DNA from: Macrostomum lignano
Lineage: Eukaryota
Assembly (NCBI GenBank): GCA_002269645.1
Contig: NIVC01002555.1
Location: 1 to 63,642 of the forward strand
DNA length: 63,642 nt
Direction: 5' to 3'
The notes beneath the pieces are model-generated. The model ran no database searches and was not told the origin of the DNA. It was given only the letters and a program-made list of their open reading frames with translations. Below are positions 43,101 to 56,399 of this stretch, in pieces (the first letter of the stretch is position 1; every line of letters starts with the position of its first letter). The position numbers and the translations under genes are program-made.

Positions 43101-44361
43101 ACATCTCATTTGACTCCGATTCCCCCTTTTCGTGATCCTCATCCTCGTCCCAGGATCTCCCAATCTATGAATATCTAGTCAAGAATCGATACCAGAAACC
43201 AGAAATAAAAAATTTCCACTCAAAATCCCAACTGAAAAAATCCCAACCTAAAAAATCCCAACCCAAAAAATCCCAACCCAAAAAATCCCAACCCAAAAAA
43301 ATCCCAACCCAAAAATCCCAACCTAAAAAATCCCAACCCAAAAAATCCCAACCCAAAAAATCCCAACCCAAAAATCCCAACCTAAAAAATCCCAACCCAA
43401 AAAAATCCCAACTCAAAAAATCCCAACCTAAAAAATCCCAACCCAAAAAATCTTAACCTAAAAAACCCCAACTCGTAAAATCTCAACCCAAAAAATCGCT
43501 ACCAAAAAAATCCCAACCTAAAAAATCCCAATCAAAAAATCCCAGCTGTAAAAATCCCAACCCAAAAATCCCAATTAAAAAAAATCGCAGCTGTAAAAAT
43601 CCCAACCCAAAAAATCCCAATCGAAAAATCCCAACCAAAAAATCCCAGCTGTAAAAATCACAACCCGAAAATCCCAATTAAAAAAATCGCAGCTGTAAAA
43701 ATCCCAACCCAAAAAATCCCAATCGAAAAATCCCAACCAAAAAATCCCAGCTGTAAAAATCCCAACCCGAAAATCCCAATTAAAAAAAATCGCAGCTGTA
43801 AAAATCCCAACCCAAAAAATCCCAATCGAAAAATCCCAACCAAAAAATCCCAGCTGTAAAAATCACAACCCGAAAATCCCAATTAAAAAAATCGCAGCTG
43901 TAAAAATCCCAACCCAAAAAATCCCAATCGAAAAATCCCAACAAAAAATCCCAACCCAAAAAAATCCCTGCTGAAAAAATCCCACTGGCAAAATCTCCAT
44001 CCAAGGCTACACGCGGCTCTCGGATCGTCGCACCTGCCGGTTGTCGCCGCCCGACAGTCGCTGCCAGCCGCCCTGCCTGAACGGCGGCGTCTGCCGGCTG
44101 GCCGCCTCCGGCATCGGCAACTGCGCCTGCCAGCGCGGCTTCGCCGGGCCGGACTGCGGCAGCGACGTTGACGAGTGCGCGCTGTACCGGCCGTGCCAGC
44201 ACCAGTGCGTGAACACGGTTGGCAGCTACACCTGCCGCTGCCCGGCCGGCCAGCTGCTCCGGTTTGATGGGGTTCGCTGCATCACGCCGGAGGAGGCTGC
44301 CGGCCGGCCGGACCTGCTGTACCGCGGCACCGGGGTCAAGGGCCCGACGGTGGCGCCGTGA
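40177..44361 (+). CDS. Secreted multi-EGF protein with alternating EGF and calcium-binding EGF modules, about 881 aa
   Basis: Signal peptide MPLRRLLQLALCLTSCLSCLILDSHA. Exons 40177-42217, 42804-43051 and 44006-44361. Six D(V/T/F)(D/N)EC cbEGF starts, a Thr-rich linker and no TM segment. The sum is 1 nt short of a codon multiple, matching one frameshift near 41430-41445. Confidence 0.85.
42238..42575. repeat. 20-bp minisatellite in EGF-gene intron 1
   Basis: Unit GTGGACACATTAGCTCGCGG, about 17 copies. Confidence 0.95.
42580..42750. repeat. About 23-bp minisatellite, second array in EGF-gene intron 1
   Basis: Unit CACCAGAACCCATTGGGTG(TA), about 7 copies. Confidence 0.85.
43215..43990. repeat. 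About 15-bp A/C-rich minisatellite in EGF-gene intron 2
   Basis: Unit AAAAAATCCCAACCC, with a longer repeated block of about 100 bp containing CAGCTGT in the second half. Confidence 0.9.
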
Positions 44362-44504
44362 AGCTGCAGCAAATTGCGACTTTTGATTTGTCCGCTTAGT
44401 TATTTGATAATCAATAGCTGCTGAAACTTTTTAAATTAAATATAGCTGCAATGAGACACCTGTTGAGATGAGGGTAAATCTCCCAGCTCGTGTGGCTGAT
44501 TGAT

Positions 44505-45745
44505 ACATGTAGAGAGCTTAATCACAGCCTGTAGAGAGCTTAATCACAGCCTGTAGAGAGCTTAATCACAGTCTGTAGTGAGCTTAATCACAGTCTGTAG
44601 AGAACTTAATCACAGCCTGTAGAGAGCTTAATCACAGCCTGTAGAGAGCTTAATCACAGTCTGTAGTGAGCTTAATCACAGTCTGTAGAGAACTTAATCA
44701 CAGCCTGTAGAGAGCTTAATCACAGCCTGTAGAGAGCTTAATCACAGTCTGTAGTGAGCTTAATCACAGTCTGTAGTGAGCTTAATCACAGCCTGTAGTG
44801 AGCTTAATCACAGCCTGTAGAGAGCTTAATCACAGCCTGTAGTGAGCTTAATCACAGTCTGTAGAGAGCTTAATAACAGCCTGTAGTGAGCTAAATCACA
44901 GTCTGTAGAGAGCTTAATCACAGCCTGTAGTAAGCTTAATCACAGTCTGTAGAGAGCTTAATCACAGTCTGTAGAGAACTTAATCACAGCCTGTAGAGAG
45001 CTTAATCACAGCCTGTAGAGAGCTTAATCACAGTCTGTAGTGAGCTTAATCACAGTCTGTAGTGAGATTAATCACAGTCTGTAGTGAGCTTAATCACAGT
45101 CTGTAGAGAGCTTAATCACAGCCTGTAGTAAGCTTAATCACAGTCTGTAGAGAGCTTAATCACAGCCTCTAGTGAGCTTAATCACAGTCTGTAGTAAGCT
45201 TAATCACAGTCTGTAGAGAGCTTAATCACAGCCTCTAGTGAGCTTAATCACAGTCTGTAGTAAGCTTAATCACAGTCTGTAGAGAGCTTAATCACAGTAT
45301 GTAGTGAGCTTAATCACAGTCTGTAATGAGCTTAATCACAGCCTGTAGTAAGCTTAATCACAGCCTGTAGTGAGCTTAATCACAGTCTGTAGAGAGCTTA
45401 ATAACAGCCTGTAGTGAGCTAAATCACAGTCTGTAGAGAGCTTAATCACAGCCTGTAGTAAGCTTAATCACAGTCTGTAGAGAGCTTAATCACAGCCTCT
45501 AGTGAGCTTAATCACAGTCTGTAGTAAGCTTAATCACAGTCTGTAGAGAGCTTAATCACAGTATGTAGTGAGCTTAATCACAGTCTGTAATGAGCTTAAT
45601 CACAGCCTGTAGTAAGCTTAATCACAGCCTGTAGTGAGCTTAATCACAGTCTGTAGAGAGCTTAATCACAGCCTCTAGTGAGCTTAATCACAGTCTGTAG
45701 TGAGCTTAATCACAGTTTACAGTGAGCTCAATCACAGCCTGTAGC
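44505..45745. repeat. 22-bp satellite
   Basis: Unit TGTAGAGAGCTTAATCACAGCC and variants, about 56 copies. Confidence 0.97.
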
Positions 45746-46084
45746 AAGCCTTACGCGGAAACCAGAGCAGCTTATGCACAAGCCTCTACAGCTGAAATGT
45801 CTGTTTGCCAATGCAGGTGGAAGACAGGTGATAAAGAAAGGCAATCAGTGTTTTGTTTCTTTCGTTTGCAATCCAAGCGGCGGCCATCATGACCAGCAGC
45901 GGGTGCTTATTAGGGCTTGCAGATTCGCCAAGCTGATAGCAGCCAGCCGTCTGCTTTATCGCAGATGAAGGCTGCTTTCGGAAAAGAAGGAAAAAGTTAT
46001 TTTAGTGCACTTCAGGCTTGCTTTCTGCTTATTTTTGCTCTTGAAGCTCACCAGCGTCTAGAAATATGCAAAGAATTAGAAACC

Positions 46085-46594
46085 CTTAGAAGCCTACTAA
46101 TGGGTATCTAGAAGCCTACTAATGGGTATCTAGAAGCCTACTAATGGGTATCTATAAGCCTACTAATGGGTATCTAGAAGCCTACTAATGGGTATCTAGA
46201 AGCCTACTAATGGGTATCTAGAAGCCTACTAATGGGTATCTAGAAGCCTACTAATGGGTATCTAGAAGCCTACTAATGGGTATCTAGAAGCCTACTAAAG
46301 GGTATCTAGAAGCCTACTAATGGGTATCTAGAAGCCTACTAAAGGGTATCTAGAAGCCTACTAATGGGTATCTAGAAGCCTACTAATGGGTATCTAGAAG
46401 CCTACTAATGGGTATCTAGAAGCCTACTAAAAGGTATCTAGAAGCCTACTAAAAGGTATCTAGAAGCCTACTAAAGGGTATCTAGAAGCCTACTAATGGG
46501 TATCTAGAAGCCTACTAATGGGTATCTAGAAGCCTACTAATGGGTATCTAGAAGCCTACCAATGGGTATCTATAAGCCTACTAAAAGGTATCTA
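46085..46594. repeat. 22-bp satellite, left part (interrupted by RTE)
   Basis: Unit TAGAAGCCTACTAATGGGTATC, about 23 copies. Confidence 0.95.
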
Positions 46595-48552
46595 ATAATA
46601 ATAATAATAATAGTTACGCCCCACGCCAGCCACAGAAGTGGCCAAAAGGGGGGAGCGTCAAATCGCGCGTTTCAGAGCTAGGTCTCTAATGTGCTTCACA
46701 CCGGCCGCCTGGCTGGGTGCTCGCGCATCTTCAAAAAGGCGGTCGACGTAGCGGGCTGATCGTCCCTGGCCACGCCTGCGCGGTCCCTGCGGTGTCCACA
46801 GCAGGACGTCCTGCAGCGGCTCTGGGCAGTAGGCTTCGGCCCGGATGACATGTCCGGCAAGCCGCAGGCGCCGCTGACTCAGCAGGGCAGAAGGCCGCGT
46901 CAGGCCTGTGCGCTTGTACAGGGACTCGGTTGTCTCGCTGCCAGGGCCGCGGCGGGCGCCGAAAGCGGCGCGGACTAGGGCCGCATGTGCCGCGTCGAGC
47001 TGCGCCTCAAGCGCCCCGGTCAGCGTCCAGGTCTCAGCATTGTACAGCAGGGCGGTCTCAACAACCGCCTGGAACAGCTGGGACCTGGCGCCGTCGGACA
47101 GGGCCTCGGAGAGCAGCACCGCCCGCACAGATCTTAAGGCAGCCCAGGCCTTGCCGCGCCGTCTCGCTAGGTCGTCGCCGACGTCCGGCACCAGTCCGCC
47201 GAGGTAGACGAACTGAGGGCACTTCGGGAGCGCCGTCCCGGGGCCGTCGCCGTCTCGAAGTCGAATCTCGGCGGGTAGATCATGCGGCACCGTCAGCACC
47301 TCGGTCTTCCTGGCGTTGATGACGAGACCGACCCTCGCCGCCGCCGCAGTCAAGCCGTCCAGCAGCCGTTGGGCGCCTTCGGCCGTCGAAGACAGCAGGG
47401 CGAGGTCGTCCGCTTAGCCAAGGACAGACAGTTTCTTCCCTGGGTGCCGTCTACTGGTGCGCCTTTGCAGCAGAAAGCCGTCCTCTGATGTCGGCAGGCC
47501 GGTCCTGAGCACCCAGTCCATCACCAGCACGAAGAGAAAGGGCGCCAGAGTGTCACCCTGTAGCACTTCGGACGTCGTGCTAAACAGGTCCGACGGTCCG
47601 TCTGGCGTCGCTACCGCGGCGGTGGTGTCCTGATACAGCGCCATGATGGCGGAGATCAGCTGCTGCGGCACGTTGTAGGCACGGAGCACGTGAGGCAGCG
47701 CGCCGCGCGCCACCGAATCGAAGGCCTTGAGGAGTCAACAAAGATGACGACAAGGCTTGACTGGTGGATGCGCGCCTCCTCGATGATGCGGCGGAGGGCC
47801 AGGATATGCGTCACCGTACCGCGACGGGGGCGGAACCCGTTCTGCTCGTACCGCAGGAACGAGTCCAGCACGGGCTGTAACCGTGCTAGTAGCACCCGGT
47901 TGAACAGCTTCGCGGTACAGGACATGAGCGAGATTCCACGATGCTCCTCCTTCCGTGTAGTGCCCGGCTTCTTCGGGATGCCGACGATGTTGGCCTGGGT
48001 CCACTCGCGGGGCGTGGGGCCTCCCGCCAGGACGCCGTTCATCACGCGGGCCACCTCAGTGGCAACCCTTGTGACTCGCAGCGCCTCGACGGGGACCTCG
48101 TCCGGGCCGGGGCGCGGCCTCCCGGAGCCCTGCGGGCGAATTCCACGACGTCGGTGCTGGTCACAGGACGGGTGTCGAAGTCCTCCTGCCGCGGCAGCGC
48201 CACCTCGGGGGGCAGCGGCATCTCGTTCGGCAGAGTCGGCGGCGGCGCGTTGACAATGGCGGCGAAGAAGGTGCGCAGCTCGTTTCTGCGCTCTTCGGCC
48301 GTGTCGCGAGTCAGGTTGAGCGCCGTCTTCTTTTTGCGACCGGTTAGGGCGTTCACGACCGGCCAGACGACCCTGTTCTGCCGTTCAGGCCCAACGGAGG
48401 CGACTGCCCTGATTGCGTCGTCAACAGCGGCTTGCTGTCGACTAGCGTAGGCGTCTGCCGGGGTTTCTAGGCATCGGACGTCGGTCGCCTGGCTCGTCGC
48501 AGCTGCTCGACTGTGCGGCGGGCCTCTCGGACCTCCGGGTCGCTCGCCCAAA
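46595..48552 (-). mobile_element. 5'-truncated RTE-like LINE, inactive
   Basis: RT motifs across frameshifted ORFs: IVGIPKKPG, RGISLMSCTAKLFNRV, EQNGFRPRRG, QGDTLAPFLFVLVMD, LG*ADDLALL, FVYLGG, RLRLAGHVIR. Minus-strand (TTA)n 3' tail at 46595-46611. No endonuclease domain present. Confidence 0.92.
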
Positions 48553-49560
48553 CTAGAAGCCTACTAATGGGTATCTAGAAGCCTACTAAAGGGTATCTAG
48601 AAGCCTACTAATGGGTATCTAGAAGCCTAATAAAGGGTATCTAGATGCCTACTAAAAGGTATCTAGAAGCCTACTAAAATGTATCTAGAAACCTAATAAA
48701 GGATATCTAGAAACTTACTAAAGAATATCTAGAAGCCTACTAAAATGTATCTAGAAACCTACTAAAGGATATCTAGAAACTTACTAAAGGATATCTAGAA
48801 ACTTACTAAAGGATATCTAGAAACTTACTAAAGGATATCTAGAAGCTTACTAAAGGATATCTAGAAGCCTACTGAAATGTATCTAGAAACCTACTAAAGG
48901 GTATTTAGAAGCCTACTAAAGGATATCTAGAAACCTACTAAAGGATATCTAGAAACTTAATAAAGGATATCTAGAAACCTACTAAAGGATACGCTCGTAT
49001 TTAGAAACCTACTAAAGGATATTTAGAAACCTACTAAAGGATTTCTAAAAACCTTGTAAAGGGTATCTAGAAACCTACTAAAGGGTATTTAGAAGCCTAC
49101 TAAAGGATATCTAGAAACCTACTAAAGAATATCTAAAAACCTACTAAAGGATATCTAGAAACTTACTAAAGGATATCTAGAAACTTACTAAAGGATATCT
49201 AGAAGCCTACTGAAATGTATCTAGAAACCTACTAAAGGGTATTTAGAAGCCTACTAAAGGATATCTAGAAACCTACTAAAGGATATCTAGAAACTTACTA
49301 AAGGATATCTAGAAGCTTACTAAAGGATATCTAGAAGCCTACTGAAATGTATCTAGAAACCTACTAAAGGGTATTTAGAAACCTACTAAAGGATATCTAA
49401 AAACCTACTAAAGAATATCTAAAAACCTACTAAAGGATATCTAGAAACTTACTAAAGGATATCTGAAAACTTAATAAAGGATATCTAGAAACGTACGTCG
49501 TAGAAAGATAGAATATCTAGAAACCTACAAATCGATACCTGGAAACCTGCAAACGAATAT
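48553..49560. repeat. 22-bp satellite, right part
   Basis: Same family as 46085-46594, drifting to TAGAAACCTACTAAAGGATATC. Confidence 0.93.
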
Positions 49561-51353
49561 CTAGACACCTACCACGACTTAATGAGTAGTCTAGCGAGAA
49601 TTTCAGACTTATATTTCTAAGAAATCGGTTAAAAATTTCGCCGACATTTTTTATAGCTTGGCTGGAGGCCAAGCAGAATTTCGACTCCAAAAGTCAGCAT
49701 TCAGAGTTTTTGCCGATTTTTTATTGTCGATTTACAGCGCTACCGAAATCTGGCCAGCGCTGAGAATTTGTGAGGCCAAGGTTGGTATTGTGGCCGGAAG
49801 ACGGCTCAGAAATCGCTGCTCTTCCCGAGCTCCGCTTCTCCCTGTGCTAAAAAGAAGAAACCCAAGCCGGAAATGAGACCCGACAGGAAGCGAAGTCGCA
49901 ATCGACAGGCTGACAGGGGACAGAGGAAAAAGTTTATACGGCCAAGTTTATCAGCTTAGCCTGCTCTGTTTCTTGGAAAAGTCAGCACTGCGCTCTCATT
50001 TTCTGATAGAGAATTGAGATAGACTTGGGAGGTTTAGTCTGTAATGGGATAAGTTCCTAGGCTCAGTAGTAAAGAGATTCATATAAAGCACAGACAGCAC
50101 TAGTACGGTCAGAGTCAGCCAGTCTGGGCAGAGGCGGCAGCAGAGCGCTCTGGGGGACAGCAGAGAACAGACCTATCGCATCGATTTTCTCGCTACTTCC
50201 AGCTTCGTCTGCCTGCCCCCCCATCCGCCCGTGCTGGAGCAGCGCGCCCCCCCCCCGGACCCACTGGCTCTGCCCTCCCGGAGTGCCTGGCAAGGGCAGG
50301 GCTGCACTGGTGGCACAGACTGGCTCTCTCCCTGCCCCACAGCCTTGGCAACGGGGGATGAGGGGCCGGGCTCAGCTCTAGCATCCCCAGATCCCCAGCC
50401 CAGGGGAACCAGGCTTCCACTGGGGGGGGGGGGGTAGGGGAGCTGCAGCCGCTCACTCGATGCCCAAAAAAGCAGGGCGACTGGCAAGCCGACACCCCCG
50501 CACTCAAATTAATGGAGCTGATGGGGCCTAACAAGCCAGGAGACAGCGATGGGCTGAGGGCAGGGAGAGATGGCAGCCAGCCAAGAGCTGGGATTTGCTG
50601 TACTGCCGAGACTGCCGCGCCTGACACGCACTGAAGGCGGGGGGGGGGGGGGTTGGGAGAGACTCCTGCCTAATCCCCCTCCAGTGTGCGGCGGCCCTGA
50701 GCATACATGAGCTGGTCCTGCGGGATTTGCCGAACTGCCTTCCCTCTTCCCACCCGTCTTCCCCTGTCGCTGGATCCCTCCCTGAGGATTTTTATAAATA
50801 ACCCCTTTCTCGGGACCGGCGGCTCTTCCTCTCCTCGCAAGCTCCTCGGGCCGGGCCAAGGCGGGCCTTGCAGTTTGGCAATCAGGTGAGGCACCGGCAG
50901 GTCTGATCTCAACCAGTCCCCGATTTCATGCGGCGCTGAACTGCGGCGGACTCGGCCCAGCAGCGGGAACCGTTTAGCACCACGTGAAATCGGTGACGGT
51001 TAGTCAGCGAACGGCGCCGGCCATTGGCAGTTCGATTTGCCCCGATTTATTTATCACAAAATACACGCGACACGAAAGCTTAGGGCTTGGTTGCTTATTC
51101 GAAATTTGTCTTTTTGTTATTCTGACCAAGTTTTTAGCGATTTTCATTGCGAATCTCAACCTTAGCTGCCGCGAGCGAACTTTTGCTATGTGACTCCGCT
51201 GCAAGATTAGGGCTTATCTCATCTCCTCTCAACCCACCTTCTCAGTTCCATTAAGTCCTGCCTAAGATAAGCTCTCTTGGAACTCGTTTGAACTGGTTTT
51301 TTAAGGGCCGACTGGAGATCAGTTACTTGATGCTCCACTGAGCAAACTGATTG

Positions 51354-51356
<3 letters not shown>

Positions 51357-51416
<60 letters not shown>
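51357..51416. repeat. (CT)n microsatellite
   Basis: About 30 CT units. Confidence 0.97.
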
Positions 51417-51419
<3 letters not shown>

Positions 51420-51544
51420 TGAAAAAAACTGCTCTTTCTGTTATTCTTGAATTGAGTGAACTCACAATGGAATTTGATTTTTACCGATTGTTGGTGAATT
51501 AGATCTGCTGTTGGTTGTGGATGAATTGGTTTCTGGTGAATTGG

Positions 51545-51716
51545 TTTGCGTGAATTGGTTGTGGGTGAATTGTCTGTGGGTGAATTGTCTGTGGGTGAAT
51601 TGTCTGTGGGTGAATTGTCTGTGGGTGAATTGTCTGTGGGTGAATTGTCTGTGGGTGAATTGTCTGTGGGTGAATTGTCTGTGGGTGAATTGTCTGTGGG
51701 TGAATTGTCTGTGGGT
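51545..51716. repeat. 15-bp tandem repeat
   Basis: Unit GGGTGAATTGTCTGT, about 11 copies. Confidence 0.95.
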
Positions 51717-51802
51717 GGTCTGCTCAGCTAGCCTCAGAGAATGCCCTTTCGAGCTCAACTCGAAGCTGCGATCACAAAGATACACAAAGACAAAGATAAA
51801 AA

Positions 51803-51816
51803 ATCGCCATGGCAAC
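51803..51816. promoter_or_regulatory. X-box-like motif upstream of beta-tubulin
   Basis: ATCGCCATGGCAAC (12/14 to canonical X-box), about 730 bp before the ATG. An octamer ATGCAAAT lies at 52242-52249. Confidence 0.3.
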
Positions 51817-52542
51817 GTGATATGTAAAACTATCCGAGCTAAGAGTGTCAGAAACTGAAATAATGTCGCGATAAGAAAGATAGCTGACTGAGCAGCATGT
51901 GGGTGAAACAGAAAAGGCGCATGACATGGCGTGGCTGTCTCGATGTATCCAGCTTAGCATAAAAAAATCAATAAAGAACTCAACAGAGCCACACCCAACA
52001 GCACTGCGGCATTAATCAGCCTTTTAATCCCAAATAAAACCTTTGTTGCTTTTTTATGTCAACCGCTTTGACACGCGTCTAAATTTAGCTGGGGGTGGGG
52101 GGGGCTCAAGGAGGCCTCATTGCAATGAATTCCTGCGAGCTGTCAGACACAAGCGCCCCTGTCTACAGCCATGCGTCACGCGTCATTGCACCAGTGAACA
52201 GACCGCCCAACCCCCACAACAGCACCTTGGCAATAATCTGCATGCAAATCGTATGCCAATATGCTCTGCCATGCAGCACTGACTGCCAGATAGAAGCCAT
52301 TTGGCAGAGCATATCTATTAGGAGATAAAGAGCTGTTATACAAAGTTCGATATCTATTCTTTTCTCTCTCAGCAAAAAGTTCCCGTCGCTATGACAACGG
52401 AGACGCCCCACTGGCTGCCAGGAAAACTACTTAAAAAGCCTTTGGATCGGAGCGCCCAAGTCCCCCGCGCCAGTTGTGTCAGCCAGCAGTTTGACGTCTT
52501 TGCAGGCATTTATTTTCATCAGCCAAGTCTCAGCCACCAGCC

Positions 52543-53971
<1,429 letters not shown>

Positions 53972-54523
53972 GCAGTGGCTTGAGACTTTATAACTAAACA
54001 AGTCCAATATCTGAAACTTTTGCTTATAATCTCCATAGCAACTGTGCAACACTGATCTGTGAAAAAAACTTTAGTCCATATATAGTGACCGTGATTCAGG
54101 CCAGAATAAATATGCACTGCTACAGAATAGCTATTATTCATTTGCCCTTCGTGTTATCTCAAATTTACCCTGTAACTTACTTGAAGTAGCAAATCAAAGC
54201 AGACGGCGTCAGATCTGTAGAGAATAGGTTGAGCTCTTTTTTATTTGTATTGAAAACGAATGCAAGTTTAAAATTTAAGTTTTTTCGTAAATAGGATGTT
54301 TAATGTGGCCACGAAAGTCGTTACAGGCGAACGAGTCAACCAAGTTTCATATGTTACTTCACAGTAGTCTGAATAGTTCATATCGCGGAATTGAATGGCG
54401 AAAAATAAGTAGAAACTTTAGAATTTTTAAGCGTGCAAATGTTTCACAGAGATAGAATGGGACAAGTTGACAAGAAATTTCCAGATAGCCGAGAGTTCAC
54501 AAATGTTAATTAACGGCTCAGCC

Positions 54524-55414
54524 TCAGGCCTGCGGATAAGCGGGCGGGTAGGCGGCAGTCTGGCCGGCGACCTGCTTCCCCGGGTAGCTAGGTGGATTAG
54601 CCGGCGGGTAGGCAGACGGGTAAGGCGGCGGGTAGACTCCGGACTGTTCCGGCTGCTGAGACGGGTACTCGTTCTGGTAGGCACCATTCGGGTAGCCGGC
54701 GTTGCCACCGTGAGCCTGGTTTCCGTAGGCCTGGTTTCCGTAGGCCTGGTTGCCGTAGGCCTGGTTGCCGTAGGCCTGGTTGCCGTAGGCCTGGTTGCCG
54801 TAGGCCTGGTTGCCGTAGGCCTGGTTGCCGTAGGTCTGGTTGCCGTAGGTCGTACCGTTGAACGTGCTGTTTGACGGGGCGGCCACAACCGTGGTGGTGG
54901 TGGCGACAGTCGCTCGAGGCCCGACCACGCCAGGCCGGCGGTTCTTAGCGCAGAAGCAGTACAGCACGATGGCGCCGCCAATCAGGCCGCCCAGGCCAAT
55001 GAGGCCGCCGATCGCCGCGCCGGCGATGCAGCCAACTGAGCAGTAAAATGTGTATACATAGTAATAACTTCTTGTTCTGTAACTCCTCCTCGAGTAAGAG
55101 TAGTAAGGCGAGTAGTATGAGTAGTAAGCAAAATTCTTTCCCGCCGGTCGCCGGATGGAATGCAAGCCGGCCGAGTGCGGAGCAGCCGCGCCAGCGCCTC
55201 TGCACGCAGTAACGGGGCCGCCGCCAACCGGGCGGCACTGCTCGTCAAGCCGGCCGCTGGAGCAGGACTCGCGGCGCCTGGTCTCGCCGTCGAAGCTGGC
55301 CGCCTTCTCCCAGGCAGACCACTGGTCGCAGTCAACCAAGTTGGCCGCTGAGACGACGCTGGTGGCAGCAGCGAAGGCGGCCAGAACAACTGGCCACAGA
55401 GAAGGCGAGTTCAT
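54524..55414 (-). CDS. Type I single-pass membrane protein, CYYR1/Shisa-like layout with PPxY tail
   Basis: Signal peptide MNSPSLWPVVLAAFAAATSVVSA (alternative ATGs at 55429 and 55480), short Cys ectodomain with a WSAW/RRR TSP1-like motif, Tyr-rich stretch, TM IAGAAIGGLIGLGGLIGGAIVLYCFC, about 9 GNQAY-type repeats and a Pro/Tyr tail with PPPY and PPAY. Confidence 0.75.
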   Translation of the reverse strand: MNSPSLWPVVLAAFAAATSVVSAANLVDCDQWSAWEKAASFDGETRRRESCSSGRLDEQCRPVGGGPVTACRGAGAAAPHSAGLHSIRRPAGKNFAYYSYYSPYYSYSRRSYRTRSYYYVYTFYCSVGCIAGAAIGGLIGLGGLIGGAIVLYCFCAKNRRPGVVGPRATVATTTTVVAAPSNSTFNGTTYGNQTYGNQAYGNQAYGNQAYGNQAYGNQAYGNQAYGNQAYGNQAHGGNAGYPNGAYQNEYPSQQPEQSGVYPPPYPSAYPPANPPSYPGKQVAGQTAAYPPAYPQA

Positions 55415-56399
55415 GCCTGAGCACTTCATGTGTTTTCCGTTGTCTGCGCGGAGTGAGCTCAAAAATGTTTGTTTTCCCATTTACTGCCGCCGCTGCTGCT
55501 ACTGCTTTTTGAATGCGACCGGCCTGGCAACAAGGCTGGTAGGGGGGTGGTGGAGTGGGGAGCTTGCAGCCAAGGCCATTACTCTTCCCCTTCTCCTGCT
55601 GCCATGATAACCTGGGGAAGCGCTTCCTGCTTGGGGACTGAGGAGTGTACTCTTCTTCTATACGGCTGCCGTTGGTGCCCGCTCAGATGTGTATGAGAAC
55701 TCATTTTTCTATGCCTACGATAAAGCACCTAGGACCAGCTCTACCCAGTGTATGCTCTGGCTCTACGCTTCAATGAGAGAGGAGAGAGAGCGAGATAGAG
55801 GGACTGTCCCCGCCATTGTTGGTTGCCCATAGTTACGCTGGCATTGTAATACACATTCTGCAATACACTTCTAGGAAAATAGGGAAGGAAAGTAGGAGCT
55901 GAGTAAAATAGGTGCGTACTCATGAGCGCCACCGTGCATATGAGAGAGAGAGAAAAAAGGAGTGGGAGAGGGAGAGGAGTGAGAGCTGGAGACCTTGGTC
56001 GGCCCTAATTTTTGTTAAGCCTCGTTTACTCCGTTACCACCTCTTCGCCTATCTTGCTCTGTCACCCTTGTAAGGGAAAGTAATGACTATTCTTGTGCCT
56101 GACAATTGGTTCCTCGAGGTGGAGAATTCCGGCGCTTGACCAAATACAGAAATCAATCTCAGTAATTGCCTTTTATTTGTCAATATGTAGCTTCTGAGTC
56201 ATTATCTAAACAACGAAAAACGTTAACAGGATTTATTGGTACTTCGGCCAGTGTTTATTTTGTCGGTCAATTAATGCCTTGGTGCCCTGATTTTCCAAGT
56301 TTTGTTTATCATGTACTGACCAGGGATAGATTAAATTTGCGTTTTTTCATCTTAGCCTGAGAATGGCTCTTGTCTTTTTCCTGGACAGTATATAATCCC

